Below, in pieces: positions 37,917-46,812 of a stretch of DNA of 64,000 nt; within the stretch, counting starts at the first letter, position 1, and every line of letters begins with the position of its first letter. The translations under genes were made by a program, and so were the position numbers. The stretch spans positions 29,136 through 93,135 of IMG/VR virus record IMGVR_UViG_2634166429_000001; one strand, 5' to 3'. Under the pieces are notes generated by a model that did not search any database, had not been told where the DNA came from, and saw only the letters and a program-made list of their open reading frames with translations. The DNA is from a virus. Its lineage: Duplodnaviria; Caudoviricetes.

Positions 37917-38321
37917 TCACACGCCCGACTCCTCCTCCTCGTCCTCCCACGGCGCACCCATGTGCGACAACGGGCCCTTCACCTCACGCATCCGGTCATC
38001 CAGCCGGGACAGATCCACCCGCGCCTCCCGCAACGCCAACACCACCGTCGTCACACGGTCGAAGATGTCCTGCTGCGACGTCTCCGCGGGCGGCTTGTCG
38101 TCCAGTCGGATCCGCTGCTCCTCGTGAAGCCGTTCCAGGCCGGTCTCGAGCTGGCGGAGGGCCCGCGGAAGGTACTGCACGACCCGGGCCAAGGCATCGG
38201 CGGCCTCGGACACGTCACCAGGCTGCGCGAAGGCTTTCGCGTCCAGCGTGCGGTGGTTGAACGCCCGAAGTTCCTCTGCTGCGGCGGTGGCAATCTGCGC
38301 GGGTGTACGGCTCAAATCCAC
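37917..38321 (-). CDS. Hypothetical helical protein
   Basis: RBS GGAGG before GTG. Confidence 0.65.
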   Translation of the reverse strand: MDLSRTPAQIATAAAEELRAFNHRTLDAKAFAQPGDVSEAADALARVVQYLPRALRQLETGLERLHEEQRIRLDDKPPAETSQQDIFDRVTTVVLALREARVDLSRLDDRMREVKGPLSHMGAPWEDEEEESGV

Positions 38322-38451
38322 GAGGGTCCTCCAGGCTGGTTGTCGGCGCCGTCCAGCATGCCAGCGGCCACCGGCAGGCCGCGGGGGTTCCGTCCAGCCC
38401 GGCCCGGCAGCATCCTGGACCCTGCCGACACCAGCACCCGGGAGGCCCCAC

Positions 38452-38571
38452 GTGAACTGCAACAAATGCGGCGGCACGGCACAGCAAGGCCCAGACGGCT
38501 CCTGGCTCTGCCCCCTATGCGGCCCCATCTCCAAGACCGTGCCCGAGCCGCAGGTAGGGTCGGCTGAGTGA
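38452..38571 (+). CDS. Tiny Zn-ribbon protein
   Basis: CNKC...CPLC; RBS GGAGG. Confidence 0.55.
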   Translation: MNCNKCGGTAQQGPDGSWLCPLCGPISKTVPEPQVGSAE

Positions 38572-38798
38572 ACCAGCACCAAAAGCGCCCCGCTACCCCG
38601 CCCGGGACTACACCCGCAGAGGCGGCGGCGTTCCTGGAGGCTCAGGAGATCACGACGACGGGATGCCGGCGTTGCGGGACGGAGATCTCCGGGGTGAACG
38701 GCAGGTATGCCTGCGGGAACTGCGGGTGGGTGTCGCACTGGTCGGATTCCCACACCGAGCTGCCGACCGCGCCGCGGCAAGACACCACCCAGGCGTGA
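38568..38798 (+). CDS. Small Zn-ribbon protein
   Basis: CRRC...CGNC. Confidence 0.65.
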   Translation: MNQHQKRPATPPGTTPAEAAAFLEAQEITTTGCRRCGTEISGVNGRYACGNCGWVSHWSDSHTELPTAPRQDTTQA

Positions 38799-38943
38799 AG
38801 CGGCCCCCGGACATGGCTGCCGGGGGCCGAACCAGCTCTTCCCCTACCGTCGAGCACGGATCATGGGGGCGCTTCCGGAAGTGGCCCGCATCCACGGGCA
38901 CACACCGGAGCATGACACCCGGCACCGACAGACGTTGCCCCTG
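38795..38943 (-). repeat. Duplicated promoter plus structured RNA element, copy 1
   Basis: About 148-bp imperfect direct repeat of 40296-40442. Confidence 0.85.
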
Positions 38944-38950
38944 GTCCGTT

Positions 38951-40216
38951 TCAGCCGGCGCTGCCTTCGTGTATCCGCGCCGTCATCTCCCGTAGCCGTT
39001 CAACGACCGCCCGGCAGTCCCCCAGCGCCCGATGGTCCCCGCCATATAGCGGCTGCCAGGCGTAGTTCCCCCAGTAGTCAGACCAGTCCCCGACCCAGTC
39101 CGAGTACGGAATCATCGCGTCCTCGAACCGCATGCCCGACATCCAGGCCGCGGCAGCCGCTTCCGGCTCGGCGTGGCCCGTCTGCCGGTAGTGAAGGGTC
39201 AGTTCGTGGTGCAGCCGTGCCACGTCGTACGGCTTGTTGTAGATCAGGCATCGCCGCCCCTCCAGCACGCCGGCCAACTGGACGAGGATGTCTGCGAACC
39301 GGGGCGCTGCAGCCACCTGGGCGTCGGTGATGCCGTGAAGGCCGGTCGCCTCGTTGGGGATGGGCTCTCCCGGGTTGACGAGCGTGTCCATGAGGATGTC
39401 GCCGGCCACAGTCTGAACAGCGATGTCGACGATGCGCGCATCGTCCTCGAGGCCCGTGGTCTCGGTATCCAGGATGACCGTGCCCGGGTCGGCGAGGACT
39501 TCGCGTGCCCACGCCTCCAGGGCGGCAACCTGCTGGCGCCGTGCTTCAACGGCAGCGCGGGCGTTCTCCTCTGCCTGCCGCTGGCGCTCTACCCGCTCGA
39601 GCGTGTCCCGTTCAGCGCAGGGCGGGCACCAGCGCGGCGACAGCCACGTCTTCGCGGCCCGTTCAGCGGCGATCTCCTCATCGGTGGCCGTGACCACCGC
39701 GCAGCCCTGCCCAGGGCATGTACGGCGCCACACGGCCAACCGCTCGGCCTCGAACTGCTGCTGGAGACGCCACAGCACCCAGCACGGCACACACCGGTCC
39801 CGCTCGCCCGGGCCTGCGGCAACGCGCAACGCGGCAACCGAGACCCTGCGGCACTTCCAACAGGTCCGGGCCTGCAACGCCAGCCGATCCTCACGGTCCT
39901 TCGCATCGCATGCCGAGCACTGCCGGTACACGGGCTGCTGGCGGACCTGATGGCAGCGTGGGCAGGTGCGCCGTTCCGTCATCGCCTGCTGCTGCCTCGC
40001 GGACAAGGGCCGCATCTTCGCCGCGCCGGCCGGATCATAGAGAGGGAACTTTCCCCATCCGTGCCCACGCCGGTACATGCTCAAGAACCCGACCGGCTCC
40101 TGCCCCTCCGCAGGCTTCAGCCGATCAGCCTTCAGCTGCGTCATCGTCCGCAGATGCTCGGGGACCTCCCCGGCCTTGTACACGGGAAGGCTGTCTGTGG
40201 TGGTGGCATCGGGCAT
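38951..40216 (-). CDS. DEDDh 3'-5' exonuclease (DnaQ-like) with N-terminal Zn fingers
   Basis: ILDTETTGL, YNKPYD, HRALGDC. Confidence 0.9.
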   Translation of the reverse strand: MPDATTTDSLPVYKAGEVPEHLRTMTQLKADRLKPAEGQEPVGFLSMYRRGHGWGKFPLYDPAGAAKMRPLSARQQQAMTERRTCPRCHQVRQQPVYRQCSACDAKDREDRLALQARTCWKCRRVSVAALRVAAGPGERDRCVPCWVLWRLQQQFEAERLAVWRRTCPGQGCAVVTATDEEIAAERAAKTWLSPRWCPPCAERDTLERVERQRQAEENARAAVEARRQQVAALEAWAREVLADPGTVILDTETTGLEDDARIVDIAVQTVAGDILMDTLVNPGEPIPNEATGLHGITDAQVAAAPRFADILVQLAGVLEGRRCLIYNKPYDVARLHHELTLHYRQTGHAEPEAAAAAWMSGMRFEDAMIPYSDWVGDWSDYWGNYAWQPLYGGDHRALGDCRAVVERLREMTARIHEGSAG

Positions 40217-40295
40217 GGGGGCCTCCGAGGTGAACGTCCTGGGGGTATGAAAGCGCACAGGTCTGACATCCCGCGGGGCTTCGGCCGGGCCCAGA

Positions 40296-40442
40296 TGTGA
40301 AGCGGCCCCCGGGTGGACGTCCGGGGGCCCTCCAGCACTTCCCCTACCGCGGAGCACGGATCGTGGGGGCGCTTCCCGGAGTCGCCCCCGCGAACGGGGA
40401 CCACCCCAGCATCCCAGCCCCCACCGACAGACGTTGCCCCGC
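40296..40442 (-). repeat. Duplicated promoter plus structured RNA element, copy 2
   Basis: Shares TGAAGCGGCCCCCGG, CTTCCCCTACCG, GAGCACGGATC, TGGGGGCGCTTCC, CACCGACAGACGTTGCCCC with copy 1. Confidence 0.85.
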
Positions 40443-40468
40443 TTCTTCGGCTGTGCCGAGAACAGCGG

Positions 40469-40756
40469 CTACTGAGTCCGCTCAAGGGGCTTCGGGTACA
40501 TCCGCCGCAGCTCGTCCATCGTCAGGCTCCGGATCAGCGGGTCGGGCTTCCCGGTCTCGGGTGTGCCGAGCACCCTCTCCTGGATGGTTCGCAGCTCCAC
40601 CTGCATGACCTGAGCCAGCAGCTTTGCGGCGTCGCCGGTGATGCAGCGGTTTCTGACGGCGTCCTCAACCCACTGGGCGAGTCCGACGATGGCGCGGCGT
40701 ACGAGTTCGTCTGCCTCGGCGTCGTCGTTGGCGGGCGGAGTGTTGTCGGTCGTCAC
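40469..40756 (-). CDS. Hypothetical protein
   Basis: RBS GAAGGGA. Confidence 0.6.
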   Translation of the reverse strand: MTTDNTPPANDDAEADELVRRAIVGLAQWVEDAVRNRCITGDAAKLLAQVMQVELRTIQERVLGTPETGKPDPLIRSLTMDELRRMYPKPLERTQ

Positions 40757-40885
40757 GCGGTAGGTCCCTTCGGTGGACGGGTGGGTGGGCTTCTTGCGGC
40801 AGTGTGGCAGTGGTGGCCGGTCGCGTGGGGGGAAACGTTCGGGCCCCGCCGTCGAGGGGGTTCGGTGGCGGGGCCCAGGGGTGCG

Positions 40886-42286
40886 TCAGGCGATGTCGCT
40901 GAACAGAGCAACGCTGTACGGCTCAGACAGGCGCTGCACGCACAGCTGGGCGTACGGCTCCTCCTTCTCGACGCCGACCGCGGTCATGCCTTCACGAAGG
41001 GCTGCGGCGAGGGTCGTACCGGACCCGGCGAACGGGTCCAGGACGGTCCCGCCGGGCGGGGTGACGAGCCGGACCAGCCACTGCATCAACGCGAGCGGCT
41101 TGACCGTGGTGTGGGCGGTGCCGTCGGCGAGACGGGGCCGCTCGGACGCTGGCGCCTTCGCCTCGTACCGGAACACGGGGAAGAACCTGGCCTCCGCCCC
41201 GAAGTCCGGCACGGGGCAGCCGGGGCTGCAGGCGTCATCGCAGTCCGGGCCGTGGCCGAGGAGGACGTTCGTGGGCCAACGGCCGGCCGGATGCGCGAAG
41301 TCCTCGCACACACCGGTCCACTCACCGTAGGCGTCCCCGTTGCGGTCCGAAGCGAGGCCGACGACGGAGGCGCATTTGTCGCGGTAGTCCTGCCCGGCTT
41401 GCGTCCGGCACCCGTCGATGTTCAGGGCGCCCGTGCCGTGCTCCAGCACGTTGGCGACGGTCGTGTTGAAGCCGGTCGACTTCCGGGCCAACACGATCGG
41501 CTCGTGCGCCGGCTTCAACGCCGTGTTCCAGCCCTGCCACTGTCGGGCAGGGGCAGAGGCAGGAGCGGTGAGGTCGTAGGCGCCGTCGCTGAGGGCGGCT
41601 ATCTGAACATCGGACTCACGGCGCACCCGGTGGGCTTGGCCGATCACCTCTCGTTGCAACCAGGCTTCGCCCAGGGTGCCCCGGCGGGCGTTCAGCTCGG
41701 CGACGAGCGGGCGGATCTCCGTATCGTCGAAGCCGAGTTCCTCACGAAGCCGGTCCCACTGCTCCGGGGTGGGTACGGTGGCTGCGACTCCCTGAGTTGT
41801 CCAGTGCCCAGCCATGCCGTTGAAGCCCCACAGGGCATCGATCCGCTGATTCGTCCAGGCCGCTGCGTCGCGGGCTACTGCCAGCCATGCCGTTACCTGT
41901 AGAACCTTGGCACGGTCATCGCGGCGACGGTCGATGGACTTGGCGATGTCCTGGCCTTTGGGGAATCCGCTGCCGTAGATCCAGTGCAGGCTGTCGCGGA
42001 TCTCGAAGCCGGCGTCTTCGATAGCAACGGTCATGCGGTGGTAAGTGCGAGTCCCGCCGAAGGCGAGGAGGTGCCCGCCGGGCTTGAGGACCCGCCAGCA
42101 GTGCCGCCACAGATCGACGTTGTAGGCGATACCGGACGAATCCCACGCCTTGCCCATGAAGCCGAGCTCGTAGGGCGGGTCGCAGACGATCGCGTCGACG
42201 GAGGCGTCGGCCAGGGCGGGCAGGATGTCGAGGCTGTTGCCGAGGTGGAGGGTGACGCCGTCGGATTCGTAGTAGGGGGCGGTCAT
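40886..42286 (-). CDS. Beta-class N6-adenine/N4-cytosine DNA methyltransferase
   Basis: CDPPY, HTTVKP, VLDPFAGSGTT. Confidence 0.92.
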   Translation of the reverse strand: MTAPYYESDGVTLHLGNSLDILPALADASVDAIVCDPPYELGFMGKAWDSSGIAYNVDLWRHCWRVLKPGGHLLAFGGTRTYHRMTVAIEDAGFEIRDSLHWIYGSGFPKGQDIAKSIDRRRDDRAKVLQVTAWLAVARDAAAWTNQRIDALWGFNGMAGHWTTQGVAATVPTPEQWDRLREELGFDDTEIRPLVAELNARRGTLGEAWLQREVIGQAHRVRRESDVQIAALSDGAYDLTAPASAPARQWQGWNTALKPAHEPIVLARKSTGFNTTVANVLEHGTGALNIDGCRTQAGQDYRDKCASVVGLASDRNGDAYGEWTGVCEDFAHPAGRWPTNVLLGHGPDCDDACSPGCPVPDFGAEARFFPVFRYEAKAPASERPRLADGTAHTTVKPLALMQWLVRLVTPPGGTVLDPFAGSGTTLAAALREGMTAVGVEKEEPYAQLCVQRLSEPYSVALFSDIA

Positions 42287-42322
42287 TCACTCTCCCAAAG
42301 GGTGGGCCGGGGGCGTGGGTCA

Positions 42323-42358
42323 AGGATGGTTCGGATCGGGGCGGGGGATTGCCCCTGC
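42323..42358 (-). promoter_or_regulatory. Class B promoter
   Basis: GCAGGGGCAAT-19-CATCCT. Confidence 0.6.
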
Positions 42359-42418
42359 TGCGGGAAGGCCCCGCCGGCGAGGAGGTTGGCGGCGAGGCCT
42401 GGGCGGGCAGTGCGGAGG

Positions 42419-42709
42419 TCAGGCGACGGCGAGACAGTTGGCGAGGTCCTCCTGCACGATGCGGTGGTGGACGTCCCGCAGGGGGGAATCGGAGTGGAAG
42501 AAGTCCCCGCGCTGTAGCTCGCCGACCTGCACGCCGGCCTCGTCGACCAGGCGGAGGAAGCTGACGGCCCCGTAGGCGCGGAGCATCCGGCATGCGGCCT
42601 CCTGGGCGCTCGTCTCGTCCTCGGCCTGACGCGGGGCCAGGTTAGGGGTGGGGTAGTGCTGGTGGCGTCCGTCGCGGATTCCGCCGGTGACGGGGTGCAG
42701 GGTGATCAT
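42419..42709 (-). CDS. Hypothetical protein
   Basis: RBS GAGG. Confidence 0.6.
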   Translation of the reverse strand: MITLHPVTGGIRDGRHQHYPTPNLAPRQAEDETSAQEAACRMLRAYGAVSFLRLVDEAGVQVGELQRGDFFHSDSPLRDVHHRIVQEDLANCLAVA

Positions 42710-42741
42710 GGGGCCTCGCTTTCGTCTGATGCGGTTGGCGG

Positions 42742-42885
42742 TCAGTGTGTTGCCGGCTTGGGGTTCGTCACCTTCCAGTACGACAGGACGGCCATTACCG
42801 CGGGGGCGGACGGTGGGTCGAAGCGGATGAGGACGGTCAGCAGGATCAGGAGCGTGTACCGGCCAAGGGCGTGGCTGAGCGGCAT
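42742..42885 (-). CDS. Small hydrophobic peptide
   Basis: RBS GGAG; TM-like segments. Confidence 0.45.
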   Translation of the reverse strand: MPLSHALGRYTLLILLTVLIRFDPPSAPAVMAVLSYWKVTNPKPATH

Positions 42886-42990
42886 CTGGTGGTCTCTCCG
42901 GGAGGGGTTGGATGATGTTCGCTGGCCCAGCCACGACAGGGCCTGTGCGAAGCCCGCCGGGGGCGCAATCCCCGGCGGGTGCACACAATG

Positions 42991-43022
42991 AAGCTAACCC
43001 ATATTCCATGGCCCTGCAATGG
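42991..43022 (-). promoter_or_regulatory. Class A promoter/operator copy 5
   Basis: CCATTGC-AGG-GCCATGG-AATATGGGT-TAGCTT. Confidence 0.85.
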
Positions 43023-43031
43023 GGTCGGCGT

Positions 43032-44228
43032 TCACTTGGGAACGCGTCTCCTGTTCAGCAGCGCCTCCCGAGCGGACACCCTCTGATGCACCGACACCTC
43101 CGTCATGGCCGCCTCGCGCGGCGGCGGCACAGGCCCAGGAAGCTTCCACGCCGGCGCCCTGGGCGCAGGAGCAGCAGCGGGCCGTGGAACCTCCTCCACG
43201 CCCCCCTCGGCAGCCCGTCCGGCCCGCTTGTCCTGCTTCCGAACGTCGCAGGCCCGGCAGTCCTGCCCGGTGTCGACGTTCGTCCGCTCGTCACACCGCG
43301 GGTCCCCGCACTCCGCGTCCCGGCGCAGCATCGCCACCAACGCGCCCACCGGCTTCTTGAGCGGCCCGGCCTGGTCCCGGCGCGAGTAGTGCTTGTCCCA
43401 CTTCGGCAGCAGCCGGTACTCGATCAGCTGCTCCACAGTCCGGCCCACTGGGTTGGAACCGTCTGTGGCAGCCAGGACGGCGCGCACCAGAGGCTCCGGG
43501 AGCCCGTTCGGCACCAGAGCCTTCAGCGGAGCGGGCAGGGCCTGCACGAAGGCGTCGTACTGGCGCCGTTCCTCTCGTGAGAAACCGGGCTGCTTGATCT
43601 TGCCGGACGCGGCGGAGCCGCCAGCACGCGAACCCCTACTACCTGTAGAGGCCTGACGGCCGTCACCACCCCTTTCTCCCCCCTTCTCTTCTTTTACTTC
43701 TCTCTGGTCTTTTACCGCCGCACCCATGCGGCCAGGGGTAGCCGCACTGGCGCGGCCAGGGGTAGCCGCATCCATGCGGCCACCCCCCTGATCAGGGCGA
43801 TCCGCCTGGACCCCCTTACGGGCAGCTCGCGCAGCTGCCCGATCGGCGGCCCGCTGGTCCCAGATCTCGTGGTCCAGCAGCTCGTATTCGCTGGGCAGGT
43901 TCAGCTTCGGGTTATCCGGATCCTGCTGCCGATGCACCCTCAGCAGGCCTCGGGCCTCGAGGCGGGCTGTGGCCCGGTCCACGGTGTCCACGGACCGGCC
44001 GATGCACGCCGCCAGGCGCTTACGGGTCGGAACGTCCAGTGGGATCACGTTGCAGTCCGTGTCGGTGGTCTCCGGAGACTCCCGGGTTTCCACGTCCACG
44101 AACGATGCCAGGGCCGCATACAGGGCCTTGTCGGTCGGGTCCACGCTGCCATCTCGGGCCAGCTCAAAGTCGAACTTCACCCAGTCCAGACGACTGGCCC
44201 GGCGCGTGGCACGGGGAAGAATCGTCAC
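43032..44228 (-). CDS. Second replication initiator-like wHTH protein (Rep2)
   Basis: TDKALYAALAS...PTRKRLAACIGRSVDTVDRATARLEARGLL; internal iterons. Confidence 0.7.
   Translation of the reverse strand: MTILPRATRRASRLDWVKFDFELARDGSVDPTDKALYAALASFVDVETRESPETTDTDCNVIPLDVPTRKRLAACIGRSVDTVDRATARLEARGLLRVHRQQDPDNPKLNLPSEYELLDHEIWDQRAADRAAARAARKGVQADRPDQGGGRMDAATPGRASAATPGRMGAAVKDQREVKEEKGGERGGDGRQASTGSRGSRAGGSAASGKIKQPGFSREERRQYDAFVQALPAPLKALVPNGLPEPLVRAVLAATDGSNPVGRTVEQLIEYRLLPKWDKHYSRRDQAGPLKKPVGALVAMLRRDAECGDPRCDERTNVDTGQDCRACDVRKQDKRAGRAAEGGVEEVPRPAAAPAPRAPAWKLPGPVPPPREAAMTEVSVHQRVSAREALLNRRRVPK
43670..43786. repeat. Intragenic iterons plus purine/A-rich tract (candidate ori)
   Basis: Three GCCGCA-N4-YGCGGC units at 43717, 43741, 43765 (24-bp period) next to a strand-biased tract. 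Confidence 0.7.
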
Positions 44229-44453
44229 CGTTGCGCCCCCAGCATGTGAGTGATTTCGCTGGGGGCCCCACTTGGCAGACGACGAACAGGCTCTACGATG
44301 GCCATGAAGCCTCGCCTTACTTCTCTTGGGCGCTTCGAGTGCCAGCGGACTGCAATCCACTGGTTGTGCTTGACGGCCGGTGGGCGCTGCGACCCGCCGG
44401 CCGTTCTGCGTCGCCAGGCGCTGAGGGCTGCGATCCCCAGGCTTGCAACGCGA

Positions 44454-44756
44454 TCACTGTTGCTTCTTCCGCCGTGGCTTCCTGTCCGGGCCCCGACCGG
44501 CGGGGTTCGGCGGGTGCTCCTTCAGGTGCTTCAGCAGGGCTTCGGTGCGCATAGTGCGGGCGTTGGCGACCTTGCCGTACTCGTACGGGCGTCCCTCGCG
44601 GGAGTTCCCGAACGGCCAGGTGGTGTGCTTACGGCTGCGGGCGAGGTGTCGGAGCTTGTCTGCGGTCGCTCCGAGGTACAAGCCGAGCTTGTCCGCCAGC
44701 TGCGCACCTTCAGTGAACGTGACATTGTCGGGCAGATTGGCCCATTCGTTGGTCAT
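44454..44756 (-). CDS. Putative small DNA-binding protein
   Basis: VTFTEGAQLADKLG...ADKLRHLAR; basic tail. Confidence 0.5.
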   Translation of the reverse strand: MTNEWANLPDNVTFTEGAQLADKLGLYLGATADKLRHLARSRKHTTWPFGNSREGRPYEYGKVANARTMRTEALLKHLKEHPPNPAGRGPDRKPRRKKQQ

Positions 44757-44915
44757 CGTGGGCCGCCAAGAGGCAGCGGACTTTTCACGAGTCTCGTGAA
44801 AGCGGATAGGCTCATGACGAATCTCCTAGCGGGATTCCCCACCGACGAAGGATTCGCAGTTCAGCGTCGTGTGGGGCGGCCGGCCGTGCCGCTGGTGCGG
44901 TCGGCCGTACTACTT

Positions 44916-45647
44916 CTACTCCTGAGGGCGCAGCGAGGTGGTCCAACGAAGGATCGTCGATCCCTCTGCGACCTTCACCGCAACCTCAACGACCCGGCCG
45001 TCTTCCAGAGTCACGGTGCGCACCACCTGGGTCACCACGACCTGGCTGGCAGTCAGGCCCAGTACCTCCTTCTCCGCGGCCGTGGCATGCCGGCTCGTCA
45101 CCTCCTCCAACACTTGATCCTGGGCGAGCCCCAACCGTGACGCCGCGAGCTCCCGCGATGCGCCGGTAGAGACCGGCTCCATCAGCTCAGGAGTCACCGC
45201 AACCACGTAGGCCGGGTAGTAGCTGCTGCTCAGGTGGATGGGGAGGCCGTTCCGGCTGACCACCCGCCGGCGCACCTGCACAGGCGTTCCGGGGGCTACG
45301 TCAAGCCGCGATGCCACCAGCTCGTCGGCACCGGTTGTCCCGACCTCCAGGATGCGCGAGACCTCGCCGCCATCAAGAGCGCTACCGGTAGCCGCGTGCA
45401 AGGCCACGCGAGTGCCGATGTTGTTGCTGACGGGACTGGATACGACTGTCCCCACGCCAGTCTTGGCGTGCGTTAGCCCCTCCATCTTGAGGACCCGGTA
45501 GGCGCGGTTGATGGTCGTATGCGCCACGCCGAACTGCTCGCTGGCTGCCTTGAAGCTCGGCAGAGTATCGCCGGGCCTCAACGTCCCGTCGCGGATCTGC
45601 CGACGAAAGTGCTCAGCGATCTCCGCGTATCCGGGGGTGTCGCGCAT
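44916..45647 (-). CDS. GntR/UTRA (KorA/TraR-like) transfer repressor
   Basis: YAEIAEHFRRQI...GDTLPS...FGVAHTTINRAY plus UTRA domain; divergent from the tra operon. Confidence 0.9.
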   Translation of the reverse strand: MRDTPGYAEIAEHFRRQIRDGTLRPGDTLPSFKAASEQFGVAHTTINRAYRVLKMEGLTHAKTGVGTVVSSPVSNNIGTRVALHAATGSALDGGEVSRILEVGTTGADELVASRLDVAPGTPVQVRRRVVSRNGLPIHLSSSYYPAYVVAVTPELMEPVSTGASRELAASRLGLAQDQVLEEVTSRHATAAEKEVLGLTASQVVVTQVVRTVTLEDGRVVEVAVKVAEGSTILRWTTSLRPQE

Positions 45648-45727
45648 GGTCGACCTCCTCTCTACGTCGTTAGCTGCCGCGCTTAGCAGCGCAGCGGTAC
45701 ACCCCTGAGATTAGCCGAAAGATACCT

Positions 45728-45758
45728 AGAGCGCGAGTACTAGCGCTAAGAGCGCGAG
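45728..45758. promoter_or_regulatory. Candidate GntR operator direct repeats
   Basis: AGAGCGCGAG at 45728 and 45749 (21-bp spacing), upstream of -10-like TACATT. Confidence 0.55.
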
Positions 45759-45893
45759 GACGCTACATTGGTTCTCGTCGGGAAGGACGGACCCCGGAAA
45801 CGCCAAACGGCCCAGGTGGTTGCACACCCAGGCCGCTCGGAGGCCCCGAAGGACCCGACAAATCGCTACCCGCCTCAACAGGAGCGACTGCCA

Positions 45894-46196
45894 ATGAAGA
45901 ACCGTAGCGGACACACGGTGGATGTAAAGCACTCCACCCACCAGCAGAGCAGCACCATTTCCCAGGCCACGGCCGACCAGATCGGCCCGCGCCGGCCGGG
46001 TGTCGTCTACTACGACGGCCCGCGCCTCGTCCAGGTCACCGAGGTCATCACCGACACCACCGAGTCGCAGCGCGTCCTCCGCCGCAACGCCGCGAAGTTC
46101 GCCGTCCGCGTCGTCGACCAGCACGCCGGCACCGACTACTACACCGGCGCCATCTGGACCGGATCCGACCGCGTCCTCAAGGCGGTGGCCGCGTAA
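45894..46196 (+). CDS. Hypothetical protein (first gene of transfer operon)
   Basis: RBS AGGAG. Confidence 0.6.
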   Translation: MKNRSGHTVDVKHSTHQQSSTISQATADQIGPRRPGVVYYDGPRLVQVTEVITDTTESQRVLRRNAAKFAVRVVDQHAGTDYYTGAIWTGSDRVLKAVAA

Positions 46197-46432
46197 TGCA
46201 GCAGCCCGAGTTCGAGCAGATCCCGTCCGGGGAGTTCTCCGCGGCTGCGGTCGCCCAGTGCAACCCCGACCTGTACGCCGACGTCACCGACGTGTTCCTC
46301 CTCCTCGACCCCCGTGAGATCACCGCCACGGTCCTGGACCACCGGCAGGTCGACATGCTGTATGCGATCCAGGCCCTGGACGACGTGTACGGCGAGGTCG
46401 TCGACCCGTACGCCGACGAGGACGACGCCTGA
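46196..46432 (+). CDS. Small acidic protein
   Basis: TAATG coupling. Confidence 0.6.
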   Translation: MQQPEFEQIPSGEFSAAAVAQCNPDLYADVTDVFLLLDPREITATVLDHRQVDMLYAIQALDDVYGEVVDPYADEDDA

Positions 46433-46794
46433 TGTCCGCCCTCGACGACACCCTCGACGACCTGGCCGGCTTCGCCTGGATCCCCGGCGTCGACCAGATC
46501 CTCGACAGCATCCGCACCGCGAAGAACGCAGCCGCCCGAGGCGAACTGTCCCTGGAAACCGCGCAAACCCTCCTCACGCTCCTCGGTAACCCGGCCGGCC
46601 CGGACCTTCCCGAAGCCCTCGCCGGACTCGCCACCGACGTCACGAACCCGGCCACCAACCCCACCCTCAACAGCCTCGACCCTGACACCGCCAAGGACGT
46701 CCAGCGGCTCGGGGAGCAGCACGCCCGCGACACCGCCGACTACACACCCCGCGACCACACCAACGAAGCCGCCGCCCTCATCAGCGGCATCTGA
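46432..46794 (+). CDS. Hypothetical protein
   Basis: TGATG coupling. Confidence 0.65.
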   Translation: MSALDDTLDDLAGFAWIPGVDQILDSIRTAKNAAARGELSLETAQTLLTLLGNPAGPDLPEALAGLATDVTNPATNPTLNSLDPDTAKDVQRLGEQHARDTADYTPRDHTNEAAALISGI

Positions 46795-46812
46795 CCCCAC
46801 GGAGGAATCGCC

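Noticed and set aside
38341-38430. Additional TGTCGG/TGCCGGTG PafBC-like matches
   Set aside because: Degenerate and present on both strands; the hexamer is common at this GC content.
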